Assembly (NCBI GenBank): GCA_965644265.1
Contig: OZ286461.1
Coordinates: forward strand, 95,046,001 to 95,110,000
Source: Glycera tridactyla
Lineage: Eukaryota
Direction of reading: 5' to 3'
DNA: 64,000 nt
Shown here piece after piece: positions 35,901 to 50,900 of this stretch. A model generated the notes under the pieces. The model did no database searches. It was given only the letters and a program-made list of their open reading frames with translations, and was not told the origin of the DNA. A program made the position numbers and the translations under genes. Position 1 is the stretch's first letter. Each line of letters begins with the position of its first letter.

Positions 35901-38900
35901 CAATATTGTGGTCAGTGCAAGATGTGTTTGGGGAACTCTTGGGAAAAGCATCAGATTCCAAGGCTTTTATCGTGGGAAAAACAATTTGGAATTCGAGATA
36001 TTTACCAGAACATAGATAACTTTGGTATTTCTGAACTTTCCCATAGCAGGAAACATGGTGAAAGTTTAAGGATATTACAGGTGTTTAGGGCAGGGAAAGA
36101 GTATGAAGACATCACGGGACATTATCCACATACGGCACCAGGTAGAGTATACAGACACCAGAGACCATTTCAACCCATCAGGGCAGAGTTATGCAAACAG
36201 ATTATATATCGAGGCAGAGAAGTAGACTGGCAAGAAAAATTAGCCACAACCATGGTAGTGCCAGTTGCCGAGTGAGAAATCAGACAAAAGAAAATGCTTC
36301 ACAATATGCAGAGTGCACAATTTAGATACAATTTCAAAATCATCTCCTAGAAAAATCATCAGTAAAAGAATTTTAATTGGTGATTTTTCCATGTATATTC
36401 CTTACAGCTAGCACTCGGTGAAGGAAGAGCAGCAGAGACATGGGAGGAGAAAGAAGCCGGGTACCTATAATCAAGGGATGATGACCACTTCTAACCGAGA
36501 AGCACATTTCAGCCAGGCTGCACAACTTAATCGTCCACTTTGAAATCTTACTACAATTTCCATATGACTGATCTGTGCGTACAGAAACTCAAATCTATAC
36601 AGTTTCTATGAGATGCATGTGGAAGAGATATAATTGGTCACCACATATTGGCACAGCAACTTCATGCATCTGCACATCCATAAGAAAACCATCAGCCTTT
36701 TTGGATGGAAATACTGCAAGGGATAACAAATGAGAATTCAGCAAAGCTACTAATGACCCAGGAGAATATGAAAGAGTTTCTCTTATCAGAAAAATGATCA
36801 TTCCAAAAAATAATTTGCTGAATTCGAGCATTTTCAAAGAGAGGAGTTTTTTTCTTCTAGAAAGATGGTGTTTACCAGTTTTTTCCCAGACTGGCTGAGT
36901 ATTTGGTAGTGTTCAGAAAATCCAATAAGGAAATGAAATGGAATGGGTCGCACCCACAGTGCTTCGAGATAATCATTATGTGCGGACAAAACATTTGTAA
37001 GCTTCATGAAACACTTCAGATGGAATAATTGTCTGATTCTTCTGGTCGGAAGTTACCTAATGGGAGAAAGACGCACTAGAGATTCAAGAGCCTTACAAAT
37101 GTGTATATGCTGAAGAGACAGAACAAGCACTATGCCCAACACGAGACTGAGATCAGTGGAAACTTTGAATTGCAACCCAGCTGAATCATGCAAACCTGAT
37201 GCACAAATTGACACTGAAAGCATGAGAAGTTTGCCAAGTGTCTTTATTGAGCATGATAGAAATTGTCCCTACATCAAGGCAGGTTCATTACTGACGTGAG
37301 GGCGCTCCGTCTACCAGCAGTTTTACCATCTCTCGCTCTATTGGAGTACGCCGAATCACTATATGTAACTGCAAATAAGAAAGATTACTGTGTGTGCTGT
37401 GCCTAATGAAAGTGACAGAAGCTCCCATCTGCTGCGAGCCAATCAGGCCAGGCAGGCAAGAAAATAATTCAGCACCCATTAAATAAAGTCTCTGGCTCTG
37501 GGGCTGGGAATTCTAATGGTGGAAAAAAAAAGATGGCTTTGCAAGGGATGCGATTTCAAAAAAGATTCTCACTTCATCGTCTATTTCTACAAGAAACTTT
37601 CTCATGCAGACATCTGCACCAAATGTTTCTGAGAGCTCATGGGGCAATAATATTGCTTCATAAGAATCAGTTCAATCAGATGGATGCACTTGACATGTTA
37701 GGAAGATTGCCTACACAATGAGATTCATACACCAGAGAAATCAGCGAGACAGTTTATAACTGTAGGCATGTCATGTACCAAAACTTAGCACCTCGAGAGT
37801 CACTCCGAGAAACAAATCAGCGATTCAATAAAGGAAGATTCAGCTCAAGCTTCCATGGGAATGGCTGGATCTGCTGGATGATCACATCCTGGAAAATGAT
37901 GGGAAACTTCAGGGTACTCAGAAGCTAATACAGTGAAACCTCATTTGAGAGAGGGACCTCCTTTGAGAGACTGCATTTCATCCATTCATTTTTATTTGGC
38001 ATATTCAAATATACCTCCAATGAGAGACCACCTCTCTTGAGACCGCTTGTGGTTGGCATTTGGGTCAATCTCACAAGAGAGGTTTTACTGTACTCTGAAT
38101 ATCAGATGGAAATGTATCTTTTCTTCTTTCAGCCACTTTTTTCTTAATACGTGAGACAAACATTATGATTTTCTCTCGGAAGGCATGATCAATATAGAGC
38201 GCTAAGTCGTTGCTAATGTATGTCCCAGCAGAGATTTTTCACCAATATTCATTTGCTGTGAGCAGCCACTTTTTGTACTACATAAGGGTGTCTCACCTAA
38301 GACAGGTTTGAGGGTATTCTCAATGAAAACATTTTGCTGGACATATTTCTAATTTGAGTGTTTTGGCATTCTGCAAGTATAAATTTGCAAATTCTGTATT
38401 TCCTGGCATCCTTTCCCCCACAACAAAAATTCTTTCGAGACTGAATCATCATTAAATCAACCTTTGGACATGTGCCATCCATCCTATTGTGAAGTCATCT
38501 GGTGAATGGAGACATTCAACAGCCCAGCATCACACGAAGCGAGCAACAGATGGGGAGGGAAAGAGACCTCAATACAACCATATTCATTCAACATACAAAG
38601 CAACAGCTGTACAGAGGAGCCAGTCCGAATCAACCAGGCAGAAGGTGAAACCACTGGTTAAATAGATCACGCAACAGCAGATGTCTCCTCAAGTGTCAAT
38701 GCATATATGGCAAAGCTTTAGGCAACAGCAGAAGTGAGCTAAATTTCAAAGGTTTCCAGCGAGAAAATGCAGGGTTACAGGCAGGGTTGTGAGAATGCAA
38801 AGCCTTTATTTCATCAGGTTTGAGAGAATGCATATCTACTTGTCAAAATCCAAAGAGAGGGGTTTGATCAGCTAAGACTAGAAGATACTCCTGAGATGAC

Positions 38901-41900
38901 TCAAATATTCTTTCCTCCAATGCTACCTTGTGCGGACTACTGCATGCAAACAACTGTCTATCCCATTTGAAAACAGCAGGAAGGACCAAGTGGAAAATAT
39001 TTGGACCCTGATTCCCTGAATTTCTAATCATTCAGCACTCTTCATCCCCTGATTTTAGGTACAGTGGAGCTTTTATCAAGCAACCACTGTCCCAGGAAGT
39101 CACTTTCTAACATCCTCCATTCAAATGCCAAGACCGCTGAACCTCAGAATTCTGAGTCTTCCAGAACCTTCACACCCACAGGTATCATGTAGCATGATGA
39201 AGAAACAACATATGGACTCAGAAGGGTCAACAGCACAAAGCTGAATGGATGAACAGCACACAAGCTGATGATAGTACCCTGTCACACACAAATCACAATG
39301 ATACCATGAAAGACCGGAATTCTGGGCAAACCTAAATCAGATGTAAGAAACGAGATATAAAGAATCAAAGGATCTGAGAGAATGTGCTGCAGGGGATTCA
39401 CAAACTCTATGATTCTTTGATGATTCCTCTGATCAGAGACTGAAGGAGCGCCAGAATAACATGCGCTATCTGGCAGATTCCAATATTTTATCATTAAAAT
39501 AGTGGAAATTCCAGAGCAACCAAATAAACACACCAGGGTGCATAATGAATGTAGCCCTTCATTATGTACAGTCGAACCTGCTCGAGACCATCTTTCTATA
39601 AATGCCACCTGCCTACGAAAGCAACCCTGAACTGTGACCGTGCGTGTTTTAACAGTGAATGGTCTCTCTATAAAGGCCACCTGCCTACAAAGGCCACTTT
39701 TGGATGAGACCTCTTTAGACAGGTTCAATTGTATCTTGCAGTTCTGTTTGAAATTATGTACTACCAAATCAATCCAAGTGATAATCATGCGCCATGGTTT
39801 GATGCAGCTATATGCCCTGGTTGCAACGCGTGCACTATCAAGTATGGGCAACATCCATACACTAAGGGCTATTCCATTTAAAAAGAGGTGGGGGGGCCGG
39901 TCAGGAAAAAATTTTCACCCTCCCCCACCCCCGCTTTTTGATTATTCTGACCCTCCCCCACCCCCGCTTTCTAATTTTTCACCCCGCTTTCGGAAAGCGG
40001 TGACCCCCCTCACCCCCCCCCCCCCCCCCCGCTTTCGACGTTAACACACGAGAAGCAAGGTGAGAAGTGACAAATACGTCCAATTTCTTGACAATTGACA
40101 TTATTCTAATGGTCAATCGCGATTTCCAAGAATTACTGGGAATCTGTTGCCATTTTATCCCAAGAATGCATGATCAACGAAAAAAATCGCGCCAGAATCG
40201 AACTTTCATTCAAGATGGCGGCCGAATCCGACAGCGCCCGTGATACAAATCAGACGTGCCCACCGGCATATCAGATGATTGCCGGTTTCGTTCATCGATA
40301 TTCATCATATTTTCTGATGAATGACATTTTTCTGTCAATTAATCGCCATTTACGAGAGAAACCGGCATTTTAGGGACATTTTATCGTATTAATCGTGTAT
40401 CTATCGAAAAAGTTCACGCAGTTTGTTTACGTTGAGGCCGGTAACCAAGATGGCGGCGTCCATGATGTACGCGAGCCAGGTCGAACAGTCGACAATTTAT
40501 TGACTGATCACTGCTAATAGTCGCCCGATTCAATGTCTTAGGTCGGTTTTCAACACGAAAATTCTGACTCTCGCTCCTCCCCCACTTTTCGATTTTCCGA
40601 TCATCATACACCCCCCGCTTTTCGATTTTTCCCTAATATCGCCCCCCCCCCCCACCCGCGCTTTCGATTTCTTAGAGACCCCCCACCCCCGCTTTTTCAT
40701 TTCGTATCCAGACCGGCCCCCCCGTACGTTAATAAATGGAATAGCCCTAAGCAACATTCCATATCAATCTAGGACTGGGAAGGGAGAAGTGGAAGAAATT
40801 CTAATCCCAATATCTGAATCATCAGGTGACCCCCATGTCCCTAATTTTAGGATTTTCCAGGGAACTGCCTTATCCTCGAATCTTGAATTCAGACATTTTC
40901 CATGCCACAAATCCTGGATACTCCTCCCGACTCTAACTAGTTTTTCATACTGTAAATGGGACCCCATATCCACAAATACAATATTTTGCAGCCCCCCCCC
41001 CCCCCCCCAGCCCAAATTACCGTCAAGATTGTCTCTAAGATTAGATGCAGTGACTATGTATCTCATAAGGATGACATGTGCAATGGACAGTGGATACTAA
41101 CAAAGAGCGACCTTCCACATAAAGCTAGTTTAGGTCAACAGGATGACCTGACGATGGTGGTTTCAGAGTACCTGGCAATAAAAGTGAAGATCTCTCCTCC
41201 GCACACATGGCCTAGCAGTGAAGAGTTCTGAAGATTGCTGCCAATGTTGCGATACATCAACATGAAGTACCAAAGTGATTATCCTGCTCATGGTGAGAGA
41301 TCTTTGTTTTTATCATATAGTTGGGCCTGATGAAAGTCTTCAAAGATATCAGTCTTAGACTCCCATGAGATAATGCACCTACTGTATACAACATTCATGA
41401 CTTGATGAATGATTTGAGACAAAGTTGAAGCTACAGGGTTTTTTCGAATCATTAGAATACTAACTTCACCTCCTTTTATTAGTGTGCAAGTGTAAACACC
41501 ACCAAAGTGCAAATGGTTAGGCTGTCAAATCTAATAAGCCGCTATCAGAGGCCAATGGAAAGCCTACATAGCAAGATCTTACCTTCATATGCCGATGTCG
41601 TTCTTCACGAATATTCTTGATAATATCTCGCACACGTCTTGAAGTTGGGTTGTCCATCTCTTGTATTGTTGACTATAAGCAAATAGGTAGAAATCATTCA
41701 ATGAGAGAACGGCACCGTGATATCATCTGCCTGCATACTTCTCATACAAACCTGGAAAGACTGCAATAACCACGGACTGCTGCCAGCTGAGTGATATTTG
41801 ATCAGTCTAATTTTCCCCATCACATGTCATTCAAGCATGTTGTTTGGAATTTTCGCCCGCTCTCAACTTGAGATTACCTGCCCTAATAATCAATCAGTAT

Positions 41901-44900
41901 GTGCCAGTGAAATCATCCTTATAAAGATTCAATTTTTTACGGACTGTCAATATTTATGATTCAAAAGACATGCATTATTTTCCCAGCTCACATTCCTCAG
42001 CAGCATAGCAATCTCCACATTCATGCCTTGATTCTGCATCAAAGTATAGATTATACAAATGAAAAAAAATACTCACCTTGTCTATATCTATTTGGGCTGC
42101 AGACTGTACACCAAAGACATTTTGCACCCATTCTGGACTCACAGCAATACCGATCCATATATATATCGTTAAACCATTTTCTAGAAATGTAAAGATTATC
42201 CTCTTAATGAAATGCTAATCTCAGCATTTATAGAATTCATATGAAGATGGTGAAGACATCCCATCATACATCATTATCAATCAGGGGAGCACTCAACCAA
42301 TGTCTGTTTCTGATACATACGTAAAAACTATTGTGAGTTCAATCACATATCATGACCCACATCACTCTCACAAACCCTGAACACAAGATGATAGGGAAAC
42401 AGAAAGATTTTCAAATGGAACTAACTGACAGTTCAGGCACACTTCCACAAGCGTAACAAATATATGAAAAACACGTTGGAAAGCATTATTAACTGTGTGA
42501 CCACTGGCTTGAAACTTACACTCAAGCTTGAAAGCAATGTTCTTAAAAAAATCATTTTTCAGGCCCATATTGTAACTGAAACTGGGTGATTATTATCAGC
42601 ACAATTTATATCCACCAAAAAATCTCATAAATGCTCAAATTATTTCATTTTTGATCACTACTCTAGAATTCTATGCTGGGCAATCTCCTGTGACATGACA
42701 TACCAGGTCATCAAGGTAGCCATTACTTCAAGTTGCGAAAGCAACAGAAATAAATACTTGTACCTACCTAACAAGTACACTCCAGACTCCTGTAACCGCT
42801 CGTAAGAGCAGCGTATTGCACGTGGAGAGCTCTCATTTTTCGCTAGGTCATGCTGTAAACAGAAAGTAAAAGATCACTCATCCATGCCTAAGGACAATTA
42901 TTTCAATCACCAAGCTGATTTTACCTCTGCACTTCGAATGAAGGCAGGGCTCGACATCAACTTTTTTCAACACTTAAAGTGAAAGGGCCTGTTGATGGCA
43001 ACACTGACAAGCCCGATTGCAATGCTTTATTGAGTAATGTGCAGTAATTGAATACAAGGAAATGCATCAGTTTTGGAAAATGCTAAGCCAATATGATAGG
43101 TTGTGAACTGTCAACTTCATACCACCTTTACAACAATTTGCAAAAGTGAGTCAATTTCACAAGATGATAGGTATACACTGTGGAAGTGTCAGAAAGAAAA
43201 GCTCACCAGGGGTATTAACCGTGGGTAGAAGAAAGCTTGTGTATCTCGAACATTCATTGAATTGACGATATTGAACAAGAAACTTCGATCATCCGTCATT
43301 ATTTCAGAACCTGCAATCAAATTTGACTCATGTAATAAACAAAGTGAACAGTAATGTATCAGTCTGGGATGCAAGAAACATATCAAATACGTGAAGAAAA
43401 AAGAGCGGTAGTAATCCACCAGCCCTAGATTTTAAACTAGGTCCCGTGAAACTTCCCACACACTTTCCAATATGAAAAATCCCAATCATTTCCAAGCAAA
43501 TTCAAGTCTTAGATTCTCAACAGAAAATCCACTCCTGGATCATCGTCAATTTTATATCAGTTCCTCAACTTGTTGGCGAACTATGATCACAGATCTCAAA
43601 ATCAAGGCATCACTTTGGAGATTTGGGTCTGATTTGGGATCCACTGTATATCCACCGACTTTATTCAATTTTTGTGTAAAGGACCCATGGGTGAACAATC
43701 TCAAATCTGTCACTCTACTCATACTCACCTCCTTGTAACAATGTGCTCTTGATGATACAATTAGAATAAACAGGTAACAGCTTCATACATTCTGGTAATA
43801 TCAGCTGTCCTGCAGAGGATGGCGACGCACAGTTCTTCCTATAGCAGGCCAGAATTTGTGCACACTGATTCATGATATTCTCACGTACAACCTTCGGCTG
43901 ATTATTCAATGTACCACGAATTGCTGAAAACAAAGATAGCATCATGAGTTGATTCACTTCCTTTTTTCATCCAGGGATGCAACCAGGATTTCCAATATTG
44001 GGGGCAAAGCCCCCTTGAATTTGAGAAAAGTGGGCATTCCTTCAGGAAAATTCCCAAAATGGGAACCAAAAACCTCTTTTCTGTTTTGGGGCAATGTGGC
44101 CCCTGATTGCCAATATAAGGGGCCCATACCCATGTAAGTGGGGGTGAAATGCCCCTCTCTGGATGCAACCCTGTTCATCTACAATTGTACAATGGCTGTG
44201 ATATCCTGAGAACAGCTCATCCAATATGGGCCTGAAAAAAGAAAGTGTTTGGGGGGAAGCTGGACATTTGAATTGGATCAAATCCAGAACAGCCAGTCAG
44301 ATCATACAAAGACGCATGTTTATATTTAATACTTATATAGTAATTATCTCATTTGATCCCTGGCTCATTTCTCAGCAAAGATTCAAGTGTCACTGGCTTC
44401 TGTGATAACAAGGGTGTAAACCATGTGATATTACTGCCACCAGATCTTGTGATGACCAATTATGTAATCATAATACGGACACAGGGATGAAACTTGGGGG
44501 GATCCTGGGTCAACAAGGTGATTGGCCAGCTGCAGGTTTTCTCAACTCACCGATCTTCGCCATGTGGTTGATGAGTGTGTCTAGCTCACAGTTTCGGAAC
44601 AAGTCAGCCATCTGTGAGCAACAGTTGAGTGCCAAGTTCATCACACGTAACCGCCGAGTCCCAGCTACTGATGTGAATAATATAGCTGCCTGCAATCACC
44701 AAGACAAACAAAATTAACAATGAACGACTCCACCAAGAATCTTCACTGATCAGCAGTGATGCCACTGGACCGAAATAGAATAATTCAAAATCTAATCAAA
44801 TTTCCTCAGAAAAACTTCCAATGTACTTCAAAACATGGGAAATATTTCTGTCCTTGAAATCAATCAGGCTTTCTGGAATACGTGATTCATGTCTGAAATT

Positions 44901-47900
44901 CATTAGGGAATGCATGGATTACATCTGGACCCTGTATATGCATGTGTTCGGCAGGGTTCAATATGAGCTCAACAGTCATCCTAGAATACATAGAACTCGC
45001 AGGATATGTGGAACCATCACAACCCTGATCATGTGACAATCATGCAGAGTGAGAATGTGTAGTGGACATACCTGGATATATGCTCCTTCTGATTCGCTGA
45101 GTTTGTCATCATGCTTCACTTCCATGGTGACAGATTTATCACAGTCAATTGCTGCTAGTTCAATGTCTGTTGTATTTGACATATAGAAGTTACCCATGAA
45201 ATCTACAGGTCGAATTCCAGTGCTTGTTCGTACACGCATAATAGCATCAAATCCTATTGGCCTTTGGATGTTCCGTCTTAAATCATCCAAAAATCTCTCA
45301 CCATCCAGATCAGCCTGAAAAAAAACCCAAATATTAAGGGATGAAAATTTAGCGGACAGATATTCTTGACAATAATTCAACATGTAACACAGATTGATTT
45401 TCTCCATAGACGAAGACTGTCTGATGAACTGATTGGTTGGCTGATTGATTTGTTGGGGTTTGATAACCTACCCTTTGTCTACTCAATGAGAGCTGGATGC
45501 TTATTAATTGACAGGCAACACGTTCATACGCCTTGAGCGCAGAGGTTGCGGAGGCGTCGAGGATGTAGACATTTATTTTAGACTGAAGATACATACTTGA
45601 CTGCCTTGAAAATGTTAAGTACATTTTTACTATCAAAACTGACATAAGAAAAATAGTCACTCAAATATATTCTAATATTCATCTGAACATAGGGAAATCT
45701 AACATAATTGATGGGTATGAGGTAAATCTATCACTTTATTATAGAAGTTTCTGAATTAAAAATGGCTTTTGCCATCAAAGTATGTGGGCCTACCGAGAAA
45801 TTTAGTCTCCCATTGCGAGATACAGTTTGTTTATTCCTTATCACAAATTTAGATCCACTTCACTTTTGTACATGCTTCCCAGGCAGCAACAAATGAAGCA
45901 CAATAACTTCTCGTAAAACTCACCTGGAAGTATGTGTACTTGTATACTTGTCCTCCAGTCAAGCGTGGGATCTCAGCCATGGAAGCGATATCAATGTAGG
46001 AGTTGGGAAAGAGGAAAAGGTCCACTGAGCACCCTGCAGACACACACTCCTGACCCAAAGTTGTGTAGAAGGGATTTCCAGGGGTCAATACAGTCTGCAA
46101 AATATCACAATGAAGAGTACAATCATTATCAAACATACACACTCCTGCGGCTCACTAAGCTGAATTGCACTTTGCGAAAAGATGACCATGTCATGTATAC
46201 CATGAAGTTTGAAAAAGTGTACCTCCCCATTAAGTCTGGTTTGTTGAGATAAAACAAATCACAATCATTTTCTTGTATGCATTACTACAACACCAACAGT
46301 GATGATTAATAGAGATCTGGAGTTGAAACTGATACCCATGTAAACCAAAATTCATGTACTGAACCTCATAGTGTTTCACTGAACCTAAAACATTTTCATC
46401 CTACATTATCTTCCAAAAGTAAAAGTCACCAAGATGGGACAACCTACCTTCTCCTTTTCTGTTCCTAACAATTTACGATCATCCCGGTTTTTGAGTTTAC
46501 CAGGAGCTTCAGCAATTGGCAGTGAAGAGTGGAAAACGTAGAGTTTGCCGGGGCAGTCAGCAGATTTGAGTGCATCCAAACCAGCCTGGATCACGGGGCC
46601 CAACACAATCTCTGTTTCCCGACTGTCCGCAAACATTTGCGGAATCTGTGCAAGCAAGCTGAAAGCAGAAAGACCAAAACAAACATTCAACTGACCTACA
46701 GATACTAGGTTTATAGACTCACATCTGATAAAAAAACTAGTAATTCATCAACAGACAGTGCATAAGGCTTAAATCAGACAGGAACATCATTCACATCAAA
46801 TGGTTTATGTACAGCCTTATACGATATTCTCAATCAGTATGAAATTTTTTTTAAAGTATAATTTTCTCCCTCCTTTTCCATATGATTGAACAGCATGGAT
46901 AAGAACTCAAGACTTGGAAATCGCATCAAATCAATCAAATCGGGTGTTCTTAGTAGTTGGTAGCCCAGCTTACCTGTCGATTACAGCTTCTGACTCAGAT
47001 GGTTTGACCAAGAAGCCATCAAGGAGAGGAACAAAAACATCTTGGATATCTGACACAACTAACATCTGCGGCTGTACAAGGGTATTCTGAAACAAGCAGC
47101 ATAAGCAATATTATAGTTCTGTTACCAATCATCTGCGATCATTTGCATCAAGACAGTGAGTGACGTTTTCTGCCTCAACAATTACCCACATCCCTTCACC
47201 ACCCCATGTGCACCATGAGGGCGGTCTAGCATGATTATGTTGATCATGGTACATCGGAAATGGTAAGAACAGAGAGTGGCAATCTTTGAACAGATATTTC
47301 TGAATAAGTGGCCACATTCAATGTCACTCAGTTCAATACAGATGTAATAGTGGTTTTTCCACCACTTGATCTCTCCAGAGCTCATGGTAGCTTGTCCCAC
47401 CTGGCAAACATACACACTGTTTTGGGGAAACATATAGACCAATCTCTTCCAGGATCTGTCTCCATTTTTTTCAAAGACAATAGGACCAATCCATGAAATC
47501 TATGCCCAACTGTCATTAGGTTAACAACCAGCACTAACCACAGGTGCCAGTGAGCTAGTCCAGTGAAAATGCTCTATAATATGCTATGACCTTGTATACA
47601 TTGTTTGCATGCCTATATCCAGATATGAGAGCAGTAGTGCACAGTTTGTGCAGTACCACCCGACTTTGTATTTTCTCATTAATTCTTGCATCAGTCCGGC
47701 CATTATCACACAGGCAGCTATGATCAGGATGAGTGAGTGACTCGGGCCACACATTCACCACGGAGACAGGTCATGGCATACTTGTCCCACCCCTAGCATC
47801 TACCTCGCTGCTGCATGGCTTAGTGGATATAGCGACTCAAACTCAAAAGGATATAGTGCCCAGTCTCCCAGACTCATGTGCAACTGTATTATATAGCAAC

Positions 47901-50900
47901 ACCAATACAAGGAAACACAAATTGGAAAAGAGTATGAATATCTGAGACCCGCTTTCCAATTGAGGTGTTATGTATGGGTCTAAATCGTGAAATCAATCAG
48001 ATGAATGAATGAATGATTGAATGAATGAATGAATAATACTTACTTTTACATTATAAAAGTGCAGTTGTTTGGCATATGTTACAAATCCAACTCTTACTTC
48101 AGACTCCTCCATCCCCACTTCCCTGCAAAGAAATCATGAGCATGAGAGTTTCATCTTCAACCATGATGACGGAGGATGACCTGTAACGATGACAGAGGAT
48201 GACCTGTATATGACTTCCGATCATTAAAATTTCTGATACTCATGAAAAGTTGCTCCATACAGTCTGTACAAAACAAAAATCCAGCCAATTTTCTGAACTC
48301 GTTCCAAAAATTCATTCAGTTTTGCATACTGCAGCATCCACCTGAGATAGACGCAGAGTGAAGAAATGACAGCTCTCTGCTGACAATAGTGTCCAAGCGA
48401 GTATTCATCATCACAACCAAGATGCCATCTCTCCTGGGATTGAGGAAGTGTCATCACAGAGACAGGTCAAATCACCGACACATTTGTGCTCTATCTCTAA
48501 TAATTCTGATCCAATTTGCATGATTGTACTGCCAAAAAAAATTCACATGTAAAGCCTTTCCTTATGTATAAGTTTCTGAGTTTCGACTGAAGAATTTGCA
48601 GAACTACACATCCCTAGAAATGAGATATTCAATACAGAAATATTCAATGAATACTTACTTTGGTAGATGAGGAAGAATATCCTCTTTTAATCTATCACAG
48701 ATGAGATTAACAAAGCCACTCTTCACACTGTTATATGACACATCAATCATGAAGATAAATGCCGGTGGTTTTGGTAACTGACCATTCTGAAAAAAAAAGA
48801 GTACACCCAATACAAGAGACATGGATTTGGAGAAGTTCTTAAGTCTAGAGATATGCTAACAATGTATCTGATATACATGTAGATCAGTAGTCATAATGAT
48901 CATGTCAAATGAATTATTCCATTACGTTCTAACAAAGAGTCCATTTACTGAAAGCAAGATTATTGTGTTCATGATAAAGGACACACACAACCTGACCAAT
49001 TATGAAATCAGCAATGGAAGATCCACAGAAACGAACATATCAGTAGGATGATAAATATACAACTAATTTGATGTTACTACTTGAAAACAGGGTATGACCT
49101 CCTCTGAATCGCCTCCTCTGACTTAAGTTTACCAACCAGGGATTATCATGTGTGGAATCTCTCATAGCCATACGTCAAACTACAATGCAAACATACCTCA
49201 GGGCGTCACAAAATATAGGGCAAAAAGAACTCAAATGCATCACTCTGATGATGCAGAAAACCTCCATGGTGTTCCTGCCGGGATCTGAAAATTGCCACTG
49301 TTCCAAACCCATTTATTTTCCCCAGCTAGAGAACTTGTGTAAAAGGCTAGGCATCTGAATATTCCCCTGTGAACAGGACAATTTGATATAGAAGGCTACA
49401 TTCGCAACTCATTCCCTGTGATAAATTCAACCCCTGCGGGGCCTAACGCTACTGATATTGGAGCAAATCTTGAAAATCATCTGAAGTGTGCATTTGGCTT
49501 GACCACATACCTTACAGTAATCTTTTGTGGCAGTCATGTCGTACGTTCCTAGGCAAAGTTCTGGTCTGTCATATGTGTCCACTCTTCTCCCCGTATGATC
49601 CAGATGATTAAAATATTCAGGAGGCACTGGAAAAAAGGATGAGAAAGAATTTAGTTTCAACTATACATGAACAGAAAATAAAATATTCCAAAAAGTATAC
49701 AACTGACACATCGATCCTGGATAGCAACCTCTGCTGTCTATTCTAAATCGCTCAAATTCTTGCTCATACCACCCAGACGAACCACGAGCTGTTCTTACTC
49801 CTCTCTGCAAAGACCAATGAATTCTGGATAACACCCAAGTATTGAAAACCCTCTGCATTCAGAATCCAGGGAGGGGTAGACGTCAACCCCTATGCCTAAA
49901 TTCTATTTTCGGCTTACCCAGATGAGTAAACGTTAAGCCAAATAATGGAAGTTTCAGCTAATGGCTACTTCCCTGATCGCTAGCAATGACCAAGTGACTG
50001 CAGATGATGTGGCAGTGGCCGGAGGTAAAGATGATTCAAGGACCAAGGTAAATATTTCTGGGAAATTAATACCTATATTGCTGAATTTCTACTGTAATTT
50101 GTGACCAGCCCTTTTTTTGAAAATATGAACGAATATCAAGGATTATCCATTCACCAGGTCCCACAGGCACCTCGTCTTCACAAATATGCCAGACTTTCAA
50201 AGCCTTAGAAGCTTAGAAATACCTCGATACACAGACCACCTGTTTACAAATGCCTCCTGAGCTGTGATCGCGAGAGTCTTTCCAAAGGTCTACTCTACCA
50301 AATCTTTATAGACAGGTTCAACTGTACTTGACTTAAACTGAACAATACTGTGACAATTCATGAAGTGACAATCCGATGAATACTTAAAATGTCATAAGTA
50401 TGGGTGTCAGTTCTATCAATTTGTGAATATGTATAATGTCAAGAAAATCCACCTACCTTCAGTGGCACAACTACAGAAACAACATTGAAAGCGTCGCCCA
50501 CCATCGATGAACTGCATAAAGGGGTTCATATAGGCTTTACATCGATTACATCTCACAGGCCCAAGTTCACCAAGATCTACTAGCGGAGGTGGGTTCTGAA
50601 AATAAAGTATGATTTGCTGATATTATTATCCAGTGTTGCCAAAGGCCAATGAGCTGTTCCCTGGGAAGAGACTGCATGAACTCACTATATGATCACAAGC
50701 TACAGCACACTGTCTGCATAGTCATTCCTAAAAACATGGGCAATTTATAAAACTATCATGAGCAGTCATGACTTGACCGGTGTCCGCAGCCAATGGTCAG
50801 TCTTAGGGATATTCCATTAATTAAGGTGTGTGGGGGGGGGGGCGGTCTGGAAGCGAAATGAACAAGGCATAAATGCACAAAAGGCTCGCATGCACGCCGC

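Noticed and set aside
39282-40044. 190-aa and 136-aa ORFs in the last intron
   Set aside because: They are built from MITE sequence and poly-C runs and show no homology features.
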